A stretch of 41,624 nt of DNA from positions 1-41,624 of the forward strand of contig JAKQLT010000082.1 of NCBI GenBank assembly GCA_029567025.1, in the 5' to 3' direction. Shown in pieces: positions 32,855 to 40,208 of this stretch (position 1 is its first letter; every line of letters begins with the position of its first letter). The notes beneath the pieces were generated by a model. That model had not been told where the DNA came from, ran no database searches, and saw only the letters and a program-made list of their open reading frames with translations. The DNA is from Candidatus Omnitrophota bacterium (GTDB lineage: Bacteria > Omnitrophota > Gorgyraeia > Zapsychrales > Zapsychraceae). The position numbers were made by a program, and so were the translations under genes.

Positions 32855-33409
32855 ATGGCTTACAAAAAACATGATAAAGCTTTAGTGGATGATGGCGCAA
32901 TAATTGGTGAAGGAACGCGCGTGTGGGCGCATACGCATATTCAAAATGGCGCAGTCGTCGGGAAAAATTGTAATATTTGTGACGGCACGTTTATCGAACG
33001 CGGCGCTGTTGTGGGAAATGATGTGACGATAAAACATAATGTTTCTATTTTTGATGGTGTGACCATTGAAGATAATGTGTTTATTGGATCAAATATTGCG
33101 TTTATTAATGACCGTTTCCCTCGAAGTCATATTGCGGATAACTGGAAGCTTGAAAAAACGTTAGTGAAAAAAGGTGCGACGCTTGGCGCGAATTCCGTTG
33201 TGATGTGCGGATTAACTATTGGCGAATATGCGGTTGTAGGCGCGGGAAGCGTTGTGACAAAAGATGTTCCTCCATACACAATCGTTGTCGGAAATCCGGC
33301 GAAACCGTTAGGTTTGGCGTGTATTTGTGGCGGGCGGCTTGATGAGAAACTTGCTTGTGCCTGTGGGAAAAAATATAAGAAAAAAGGAAAAAGTTTAGAA
33401 TCCGTTTAA
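32855..33409 (+). CDS. Hexapeptide-repeat (left-handed beta-helix) sugar N-acetyltransferase (WbpD-like)
   Basis: Repeated [LIV]-G-x-x-x-x hexapeptides run throughout ([44 protein letters not shown]...). VVGNPAKP lies near the C terminus. Confidence 0.88.
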   Translation: MAYKKHDKALVDDGAIIGEGTRVWAHTHIQNGAVVGKNCNICDGTFIERGAVVGNDVTIKHNVSIFDGVTIEDNVFIGSNIAFINDRFPRSHIADNWKLEKTLVKKGATLGANSVVMCGLTIGEYAVVGAGSVVTKDVPPYTIVVGNPAKPLGLACICGGRLDEKLACACGKKYKKKGKSLESV

Positions 33410-33414
33410 TTGTT

Positions 33415-33535
33415 GTCATCCTGATTTGTTGTTGATAAAACCATCGGGATTTCATAACCGTCATCCTCGAATGGGTTAGTCGAGGATCCAGAATTTTTTA
33501 AATGGATTCCCGACAAGAAATTTCGGGAATGACAG
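33415..33535 (+). repeat. Cluster of three related REP-like hairpin units (two direct, one inverted)
   Basis: Unit 1 is GTCATCCTGAT...ATCGGGAT (33415-33450). Unit 2 is GTCATCCTCGA-N9-TCGAGGAT (33460-33487). Unit 3 is ATTCCCGA-N9-TCGGGAATGAC (33506-33533), whose reverse complement starts GTCATTCCCGA. Each forms an 8-bp stem. Confidence 0.6.
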
Positions 33536-33599
33536 TCGAGGTGGATTGCGGGAGAGACAGTTAGGGTAAGCATTAATAGAGAGATTAGGAAGAATTAAA

Positions 33600-34337
33600 A
33601 TGCATAAAATTCTTGTTTGTCCGGTGGCGTTTAATGAGCATGTGAAATTAAAAAGTGTGATTACGCGGTTTCTACAAAGCCCTGTGCGCGAGCGCGCTGA
33701 TTATTTAGTTGTGGATGACGGATCAACCGACGGAACAACACAGATGATTCAGTCATTTGCAAAAGATGGCGTTATGACCATTAAACATCCTTCTCAGGAA
33801 GGTGTTGGCTCTGCTATTCGAACAGCGATTCAATACGCGCGGCAAAAACATTATGCTATTTTGGTTATTATGGCAGGCAACGATAAAGATAATCCGAATG
33901 AAATTCCGCGTTTGATCGAACCGATTTTAAACGATGGTTATGATTTTGTCCAAGGTTCGCGCCATGTGTCAAAAAAAGAAGGCGGTATGGGCGGGGATAT
34001 GCCGTTTTATCGAAAACTTGCGACCAAGCTTCATCCGTTTTTAATGTCGATTTTTACAGGAAGAAAATTGACAGATACCACAAACGGTTTTCGCGCGTTT
34101 CGGTTATCATTATTCGATGATAATCGTATCAACATTCATCAAGAATGGCTGAATCATTATGAGTTGGAACCATACTTGCTTTTTAAAACAATCACGTTAG
34201 GATATAAGTTTAAAGAAGTGCCAGTCACTAAGATTTATCCGCCGAAAAAGTTAGGTTACACTAAAATGAAGCCGCTTATCGGTTGGTGGAGTATTTTAAA
34301 ACCAGTATTTTATTTAGGATTAAGGATAAAAAAATAA
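33600..34337 (+). CDS. Family 2 glycosyltransferase (polyprenol-phosphate sugar synthase-like, soluble form)
   Basis: GT-A signatures include VCPVAFNE, LVVDDGSTDGT and the DFVQGSR and NGFRAF blocks. Confidence 0.82.
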   Translation: MHKILVCPVAFNEHVKLKSVITRFLQSPVRERADYLVVDDGSTDGTTQMIQSFAKDGVMTIKHPSQEGVGSAIRTAIQYARQKHYAILVIMAGNDKDNPNEIPRLIEPILNDGYDFVQGSRHVSKKEGGMGGDMPFYRKLATKLHPFLMSIFTGRKLTDTTNGFRAFRLSLFDDNRINIHQEWLNHYELEPYLLFKTITLGYKFKEVPVTKIYPPKKLGYTKMKPLIGWWSILKPVFYLGLRIKK

Positions 34338-34338
34338 G

Positions 34339-35061
34339 ATGAAACTTTATGGAAAAAATTCAGTTTTGGAGCGCTTGCGTTATCATCCCTACACTATTAG
34401 TAAGATTTATTTAGAAGAAGGAGTGGAGGGATTAACGCCTATTTTTAAGAAAGCCAAAGAAAAAAATATTCCGATTATCAGCATGCCTGGATCTAAAATG
34501 ATAAAAATCGCTCGTAATAAAAATACACAGGGCGTGATTGCGGACGTCGAGGATTTTGTTTATAAGGATTATACAGAAATACTCGAGGATGCTTTAAAGA
34601 AAAAAAGGACGCTTGTGTTTTTAGATTCGCTTAATGATCCGCAGAATTTAGGCGCGATTATAAGAAGCTTAGCGTGTTTAGGGCATTTTTCGATTATCTT
34701 GCCGTCCCATGATTCTGTTGAGGTCACGGAAGTTGTTTTACGCGTTGCTTCCGGCGGCGATACGAATGTCCCGATCGCTAAAGTAGCTAATCTCAATCAA
34801 GCCATCATTCGTGCTAAAGAACAAGGTTTTCATATTGTAGGGACTGTTGTGGGCGCGGAAAAATCGTTATTTGATTTCACATTTCCTTTCCCGTTAGGAA
34901 TTGTGATCGGTTCGGAACAAAAAGGCATTCGTGGGGTTATTCGAGAAAAAGTCGATTCTGAAATTAATATCCCGATGGCTGTTGGGACTTTATCATTAAA
35001 CGTGGCGCAGGCTACAACAATTTTTTGCTATGAAATTACAAAACAAAAAAAGAACAGATAA
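34339..35061 (+). CDS. rlmB: SpoU/TrmH-family rRNA 2'-O-methyltransferase (RlmB-like)
   Basis: An N-terminal SpoU-substrate-binding segment (LYGKNSVLERL) is followed by the motifs LDSLNDPQNLGAIIRS, IVIGSEQKGIRG and IPMAVGTLSLNVAQATTI. Confidence 0.85.
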   Translation: MKLYGKNSVLERLRYHPYTISKIYLEEGVEGLTPIFKKAKEKNIPIISMPGSKMIKIARNKNTQGVIADVEDFVYKDYTEILEDALKKKRTLVFLDSLNDPQNLGAIIRSLACLGHFSIILPSHDSVEVTEVVLRVASGGDTNVPIAKVANLNQAIIRAKEQGFHIVGTVVGAEKSLFDFTFPFPLGIVIGSEQKGIRGVIREKVDSEINIPMAVGTLSLNVAQATTIFCYEITKQKKNR

Positions 35062-35650
35062 GAAAAAAAATACGGATACGCTTTTAACCGGGCTTAATTT
35101 ATTCGCAGAGGCCGGACTTTTAAAACATATTAAACGCAGTGGTTGGTGGGTTGCTGGCATCAAAAATCCGGAAAGTGTGGCTGAGCATTCTTTTCGTTGT
35201 GCGATTATGGCGTATTATATTGCCCATTGTGAAGGCGTGGATCCTTACAAAGCATTAGTGATGGCGCTTTTTAATGATATCCATGAAGCCCGCATTAACG
35301 ATTTGCATAAAATGGGGCATTATTATATTGATTTTAAAGAAGCGGAAAAAAAAGTTTATAAAGATCAGATTCAGCATTTAAATAAGAATGTTAAAGAAGA
35401 GATGCTTATTTCCCGTCTTGATTATGAGCAGCAGAAAACAAAAGAAAGCATTGTGGCGCGGGATGCGGATATTTTAGAATGTTTATTGCAGGCCAAAGAA
35501 TATTTAGATAGCGGGCATAAAAAGGCTGAGAAATTTTTTCAAAAAGCGCCGGATCATTTAAAAACAAAAACAGCACAAAGAATGTGGCAGAAAATAAAGG
35601 AATGGGACAGTTCTTCGTGGTGGGAACAAGTTGTTAAATTTGAACGATGA
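35030..35650 (+). CDS. HD-superfamily (YfbR/COG1896-like) phosphohydrolase homologue with an Asn-Asp in place of the His-Asp doublet
   Basis: The sequence LKHIKRSGWWVAGIKNPESVAEHSFR is typical of the family. The expected ...HD..E...GD... segment reads ALFNDIHEARINDL. Confidence 0.7.
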   Translation: MKLQNKKRTDKKKNTDTLLTGLNLFAEAGLLKHIKRSGWWVAGIKNPESVAEHSFRCAIMAYYIAHCEGVDPYKALVMALFNDIHEARINDLHKMGHYYIDFKEAEKKVYKDQIQHLNKNVKEEMLISRLDYEQQKTKESIVARDADILECLLQAKEYLDSGHKKAEKFFQKAPDHLKTKTAQRMWQKIKEWDSSSWWEQVVKFER

Positions 35651-36441
35651 AATTATATTTTAATAACATTATTTTAAAAAAGTTTTTTCTTTTATTGATG
35701 AGTTCGTTTTTATTTTTAACGGGCTGTGGAACGATTATGTATAATGCCGCCACACAACGTAAAGAATTTATTATGATCTCAACTCAAGAAGAGATCAGTA
35801 TGGGTAATAATCTTCACACAGGGCTTTTAAAAGAGTTTAAATTGTCACAAAACAAAGAACAGGCGGATCGCTTAAAGCGTATTGGGGCAAAAGTAGCCCT
35901 GGTCTCTGACCGCCAAGATTATAAATATCAATTTTTTCTTATTGAAAAAGAGGAACTGAATGCTTTTACAACGCCTGGCGGCAATATTTATGTTTATACA
36001 GGGCTTATGAATAAATTGCAAAGTGATGAAGCTATAGCGGGTGTTATTGCTCATGAAATCGGCCATTGTGCGGCGCGTCATGTGGTTAAGAAATATCAGG
36101 CTAGCGTCGGATATGACACCCTGGCATCGCTTATTTTAAATAATTTAAAAATGAGTGCCGCGACTAAACAAGTCGTTTCATTAAGTTCTAGTACTTTAAT
36201 GAATTTGGTTTTTTCTTCTTATAGCCGTCAGGATGAATATGAGGCTGACCGTTTAGCCGTGAAATATATGTATTTATCATGGCTTAATCCTGAGGGGATG
36301 GTAGAGGCGCTTCAGCTTTTGAAAAAAGAATCTCAAGGATCTGAAGGCCTTCTTATTTTAAGAAGCCATCCTTTTTTAGATGATCGCATCAAGGCTGTTA
36401 AAGAAGAAATTAAAAAAGTTCAAACGCAGTATCAATCCTAA
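35647..36441 (+). CDS. M48-family zinc metallopeptidase lipoprotein
   Basis: The signal peptide ends in the lipobox FLTGCG. The zinc motif AHEIGHCAARH is present and a downstream EYEADRLA supplies the third ligand. Confidence 0.85.
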   Translation: MKLYFNNIILKKFFLLLMSSFLFLTGCGTIMYNAATQRKEFIMISTQEEISMGNNLHTGLLKEFKLSQNKEQADRLKRIGAKVALVSDRQDYKYQFFLIEKEELNAFTTPGGNIYVYTGLMNKLQSDEAIAGVIAHEIGHCAARHVVKKYQASVGYDTLASLILNNLKMSAATKQVVSLSSSTLMNLVFSSYSRQDEYEADRLAVKYMYLSWLNPEGMVEALQLLKKESQGSEGLLILRSHPFLDDRIKAVKEEIKKVQTQYQS

Positions 36442-36469
36442 AAAAGAGAACGATTTTTCAGTTTCTGTT

Positions 36470-36496
36470 TTGACATTAAAAAATCAGTGATAGAAT
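36470..36496 (+). promoter_or_regulatory. Candidate promoter with extended -10 (TTGACA-15 nt-TAGAAT, TG at -15/-14)
   Basis: TTGACA lies at 36470-36475 and TGATAGAAT at 36488-36496. The 15-nt spacer is short. Confidence 0.4.
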
Positions 36497-36504
36497 ATCT
36501 AACT

Positions 36505-36798
36505 ATGGAACGTATTGGATTAGCTGCAAGTAAAATTTCTAAAGGCAATCTTCTTTTTTACAACATTTATGTTGTTTTGATATCGTCACTTTTTGCCTTT
36601 TTTGTTTTTACGGTGACGGGAGCAACGGTTGTTTTTGCTTTAGTCTTGGTGTCTTATCTGGGGCATGGAATTATGGGATTTAGTTTTGAAGAAAAGTGGC
36701 CATCCATTTTATCGTTTTGCATGATATCGTTAACGATCATGGCAGCTTTATTTAATATGTTGGCCATATCCAGGAATGTTAAATTAAAAAAAGAATAA
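36505..36798 (+). CDS. Small membrane protein (two or three helices), hypothetical, immediately upstream of the hybrid kinase
   Basis: Hydrophobic segments are LLFYNIYVVLISSLFAFFVFTV, TVVFALVLVSYLGHGIMGF and ILSFCMISLTIMAALFNML. The start could be ATG 36505 or GTG 36487, and neither has an obvious ribosome-binding site. The gene ends 3 nt before the kinase start. Confidence 0.5.
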   Translation: MERIGLAASKISKGNLLFYNIYVVLISSLFAFFVFTVTGATVVFALVLVSYLGHGIMGFSFEEKWPSILSFCMISLTIMAALFNMLAISRNVKLKKE

Positions 36799-36801
36799 AA
36801 A

Positions 36802-39117
36802 ATGCCTTACGGTCATATTGATTTTAAAGCCTTAGTCGAACGTTTGCGTATTGGAATTTTTTGCAGCACTTTGGGTGCGAATGCGAAATTTCTTGACGTC
36901 AATGAATCTTTCTCTAAGATTTTAGGATATTCCCACCAGGAAATCTCTCGAAAAAAAGTCAAAGATCTTTTTGTCCATCGGGGAGATTACATTTTCTTTA
37001 CTAAAAGTCTAAAAGCCGATAAGCGAATTAATAGTTTTGAGGTTTGTTTAAAAGGCAAAGGCCATCGCTCTATTTGGTGTATTTTATCCGCTATTGCGGT
37101 TTTAAATGAGAAGGGGAAGGTCCTTCGGATTGACGCGCGATTTGAAGATATTACAGCGCGTAAAAAGATTGAACGAGAACTTATTGAATCAAAAGAAATT
37201 TTTAAGACCGTTTTTGATAATACGGCCGCAACTATTACAGTAACAGATAAAAATGAAAAGATTGTTGCATGGAATCCTTTCGCAGAGAAAATGCTTGGAA
37301 TGACTAAAGAAGATCTTTTTAATATGCCGGTTAAGGATTTGTATCCTCCTGAAGAATGGCGCCGTCTGAGAAGTTTTCGTATTCGACGCAAAGGAATGCT
37401 TTCGGATATTGAAACGAAGATTTATAAGAGAAATAAAGAGATTCTGGATGTTGGGGTTTCCATTTCCGTTTTAAAAGATGCCGAAGGCAATGTGACAGGC
37501 GCTATTGGGATCATTCGGGATATTACGAATCAAAAAGCCGCAGAACGAAAGATTAAAGAATCAGAAAATAAGATTCGAGTTATTTTGGATAATTCCGCTG
37601 CTGCCATCACGTTAACGGATGATCAAGAGAGGATTGTCTCTTGGAATAAATTTACAGAAAATCTTTTGGGAATGAAAGATAAAGATCTTTATTTAAGGCC
37701 TGTTAAGAGTTTATATCCCCCAGAGGAATGGAAGAGAATTCGTTCTGAAGATATTCGAAAACTCGGATCGAAACATCATTTTGAAACAAAAGTTTTAAAG
37801 AAAGATAATGAGGCTATTGATGTTGATTTATCGGTTAATGTGCTTCGAAACGCCAATGATGAGATTATAGGTTCTGTGGGCATTTTTCAGGATATTACAG
37901 AACAGAAAAAAGCCAAAGAAATTCTTGTTCAGGCAAGAATAGCCGCGGAATCAGCGAACACCACGAAAAGTTTATTCTTGGCGAATATGTCTCATGAAGT
38001 TCGTACGCCGATGAATACGATTCTTGGAATGCTGGATTTAACGCTTGATACGCCGCTTAATGATGAACAGAAAGATAATATTGTCGTGGCTAAAGAGGCG
38101 GCCAAGAATTTATTAAATTTATTAAATGATATTTTGGATCTTTCTCGTGTTGAGGCCGGTAAAATTAAATTAGAGAATATTGAGTTTCATTTGCCTAATG
38201 TGATTAAAAATGTTTGTAAAGGCATGGCGGTTCTCGCTCGAGACAAGAAATTAGAAATTGTTTTTTTTGTTGATCCGCAAGTCCCTGTTCTTCTTAAGGG
38301 CGATCCGCTACGATTGCGTCAAATCTTGATTAATTTGATTAATAATGCGATTAAATTTACACATGCTGGAAATATCACTATTGGAGTTGAGAAAGTTTCT
38401 CAGGCAAACAAGCAGGTTGTCTTAAAATTTTCTGTTAAAGATCAGGGTATAGGAATTCCTAAAGAGCGCCAAAATAAACTTTTCGAGATTTTTAGCCAGG
38501 TTGATGATTCAACGACAAGAAAATATGGTGGTACGGGATTAGGGCTGGCTATCTGTAAGCGTTTGGTTGAGATGATGTCTGGAAAGATTTGGGTTGAGAG
38601 CGATGAAGGAAAAGGAAGCACTTTTTTCTTTAATCCAGAGTTTGAAGTGGTGGATAAAGATCCTAATGCCTTTCTTTTAGATCAAGACGCGCCAACAGTT
38701 GATGAGAAATTTGTAGAGGAAAAATTAAAGGGGTTAAGAATTCTTTTAGCTGAAGATAACATTGTCAATCAGCGGATGACAGTGAAGATATTGGAAAAAC
38801 AAGGATGGTTTGTTGAAGCCGTTGATAATGGACAGGCCGTTTTAGATAAATTAGACCAGGCGCATTTTGATGTCGTTTTAATGGATTCACAAATGCCGAT
38901 TATGGATGGGTTTGAAGCAACAAAAATGATCCGCCGTAATGAAGAAAAAACAGGAAAACATGTTTTTATTGTGGCTTTAACAGGACGCGCTATGGAAGAA
39001 GATAAGCAAAGATGTTTTGATTTAGGCATGGATGGTTTTGTGGCCAAGCCGATTGACCGGAAAAAACTTTTTGAAGAAATCGCTAATCTTTTTAAAAAAG
39101 GAAAAAATCATGAATGA
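36802..39117 (+). CDS. Soluble hybrid sensor histidine kinase (PAS-PAS-PAS-HisKA-HATPase_c-REC)
   Basis: Three PAS modules are present. The 2nd and 3rd are near-duplicates (VAWNPFAEKMLGMTKEDLF..LYPPEEWRRLR versus VSWNKFTENLLGMKDKDLY..LYPPEEWKRIR). The H-box is MSHEVRTPMN (His398), the N box LINNAIKFT, and the G boxes DQGIGIP and GGTGLGLAI. A C-terminal REC is present (ILLAEDN...VVLMDSQMP...KP). No TM helix is evident. Confidence 0.92.
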   Translation: MPYGHIDFKALVERLRIGIFCSTLGANAKFLDVNESFSKILGYSHQEISRKKVKDLFVHRGDYIFFTKSLKADKRINSFEVCLKGKGHRSIWCILSAIAVLNEKGKVLRIDARFEDITARKKIERELIESKEIFKTVFDNTAATITVTDKNEKIVAWNPFAEKMLGMTKEDLFNMPVKDLYPPEEWRRLRSFRIRRKGMLSDIETKIYKRNKEILDVGVSISVLKDAEGNVTGAIGIIRDITNQKAAERKIKESENKIRVILDNSAAAITLTDDQERIVSWNKFTENLLGMKDKDLYLRPVKSLYPPEEWKRIRSEDIRKLGSKHHFETKVLKKDNEAIDVDLSVNVLRNANDEIIGSVGIFQDITEQKKAKEILVQARIAAESANTTKSLFLANMSHEVRTPMNTILGMLDLTLDTPLNDEQKDNIVVAKEAAKNLLNLLNDILDLSRVEAGKIKLENIEFHLPNVIKNVCKGMAVLARDKKLEIVFFVDPQVPVLLKGDPLRLRQILINLINNAIKFTHAGNITIGVEKVSQANKQVVLKFSVKDQGIGIPKERQNKLFEIFSQVDDSTTRKYGGTGLGLAICKRLVEMMSGKIWVESDEGKGSTFFFNPEFEVVDKDPNAFLLDQDAPTVDEKFVEEKLKGLRILLAEDNIVNQRMTVKILEKQGWFVEAVDNGQAVLDKLDQAHFDVVLMDSQMPIMDGFEATKMIRRNEEKTGKHVFIVALTGRAMEEDKQRCFDLGMDGFVAKPIDRKKLFEEIANLFKKGKNHE

Positions 39118-39463
39118 GGATTTATTTGATGTCAAAGAATTTTTAGAACGTGTTCAAGATGATAAAGAGCTTTTAGTTGAACTTATTGGTATTTATTTGG
39201 AAGATTATGAAGGCAAGCGTAAAATATTAGGAGAAGCCATCGTTAATAATGATTATGAAGCAGTGCGAAGCGTGGCGCATTCTTTAAAAGGGTCTTCAGG
39301 GAATATTTCCGCGAAATCTTTACGCGAATTATTTTGGAAACTTGAAGATATGGGAAAAGCGAATAATTTAAATGGCGCGTCAGATCTTTTGCAGAAAGTG
39401 GATGGGATCTTCGAGCAATTCGTCAAGCGTGTTTCCAATTTAAAAGAAGAAATGGGTGTTTAA
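39110..39463 (+). CDS. Hpt (histidine phosphotransfer) domain protein
   Basis: The 117-aa protein from ATG 39110 overlaps the kinase stop by 8 nt. It has the Hpt signature AHSLKGSSGNISA (His57, codon 39278-39280). The ORF-track start at 39032 is an extension inside the kinase gene. Confidence 0.85.
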   Translation: MNEDLFDVKEFLERVQDDKELLVELIGIYLEDYEGKRKILGEAIVNNDYEAVRSVAHSLKGSSGNISAKSLRELFWKLEDMGKANNLNGASDLLQKVDGIFEQFVKRVSNLKEEMGV

Positions 39464-39497
39464 GTCCTTCCTTTTTTATCAGTTTTTATAATATAAC

Positions 39498-40208
39498 ATG
39501 ATGATTTCTATCGAGCTTATTATAGGCATTATTATTCTTGGCATTATTATAGCCGGGGTAGTTCTTTTTATTATTTCTCCGTCAGAAAAAGCTAAAAAGA
39601 AAAAACGTAAGGAAAAGGTTGAAGCAAGCGACAAAGAAAAAAACTTGGAAGAAAAAATATTGCGTTTAGAGAAAGCCCTTCATTCTTTAAGAGGTAAAGT
39701 TGTTTCTTTAGAAAATACTATTTCCGATAAAGAAAAACAGCTTTTAGAGGAAAAAGTCCAAATAAAGAATCTTCAAGAAAAGCTTCACAAAGAACATGAA
39801 TGGCTTGAAAAAGAACAAGGCGATATTGATAGGCGAGATAAAGAAGTCCATAAATTAAAAGAAGATATAAGGATGATCCAAGAAAGTTTTTCTCAAGAGC
39901 ATTCATTAACGCTACGGCTTCAGAAGGAATTAAAAGAATTTGAAGAGAAAAATCGAACGCTTAATGAACAGCGTAGAGCTGTCGAGGCAGAAAACGCACA
40001 ATTGAAAGCTAAAAATGAGGTTTATCAATTAGAGTTATCTCAAATGAAAAAAGAAAACATTGAGTTTAAGAAACAAAAAGAAGATACTGCGTGGGTTGCC
40101 AAGACAGATTATGTCCTTCTAGAACAGCGATTACGGGAGAAAGAAAGTCAATTAAAACGATTATTACGAGAAACACAACCCCCCCCCAACACAACAGAGA
40201 ATGCCTAA
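39498..40208 (+). CDS. Membrane-anchored coiled-coil protein, hypothetical
   Basis: An N-terminal helix (IELIIGIIILGIIIAGVVLFII) is followed by a KKKKRKEK patch. About 180 aa of heptad-rich Glu/Lys/Leu sequence come next. The protein ends in PPP encoded by the C9 tract. Confidence 0.6.
   Translation: MMISIELIIGIIILGIIIAGVVLFIISPSEKAKKKKRKEKVEASDKEKNLEEKILRLEKALHSLRGKVVSLENTISDKEKQLLEEKVQIKNLQEKLHKEHEWLEKEQGDIDRRDKEVHKLKEDIRMIQESFSQEHSLTLRLQKELKEFEEKNRTLNEQRRAVEAENAQLKAKNEVYQLELSQMKKENIEFKKQKEDTAWVAKTDYVLLEQRLREKESQLKRLLRETQPPPNTTENA
40179..40187 (+). repeat. C9 homopolymer at the junction of two overlapping genes
   Basis: Nine consecutive C bases (read directly) sit in an otherwise AT-rich locus, 14 nt upstream of the aminotransferase ATG at 40201. 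Confidence 0.9.

Noticed and set aside
33216-33464. An 82-aa minus-strand ORF spanning the acetyltransferase 3' end and the hairpin repeats.
   Set aside because: It is an artefactual translation of the antisense acetyltransferase sequence plus REP-like hairpins.
33415-33535. A possible CRISPR array.
   Set aside because: There are only three units. They are not identical, one is inverted, the spacing is irregular and no cas genes are present. The units behave as REP-like hairpins.
45-39906. Many 61-134-aa ORFs in the track lie antisense to, or out of frame within, strong genes. Examples:
- Minus strand: 45..302, 1210..1398, 1878..2135, 5053..5241, 5741..5980, 6428..6643, 8290..8559, 9136..9330, 10881..11147, 12288..12554, 13356..13553, 16158..16352, 17063..17290, 17570..17902, 20121..20321, 20546..20749, 21216..21440, 22245..22472, 23613..23864, 24222..24446, 25026..25214, 28036..28221, 30766..30978, 34569..34796, 35872..36081, 36987..37391, 38769..39047, 39253..39438, 39718..39906
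- Plus strand: 29700..29885
   Set aside because: Each lies entirely inside a gene with clear family motifs. Their sequences are low-complexity mirror translations of AT-rich coding DNA, with no ribosome-binding site and no recognisable motif.
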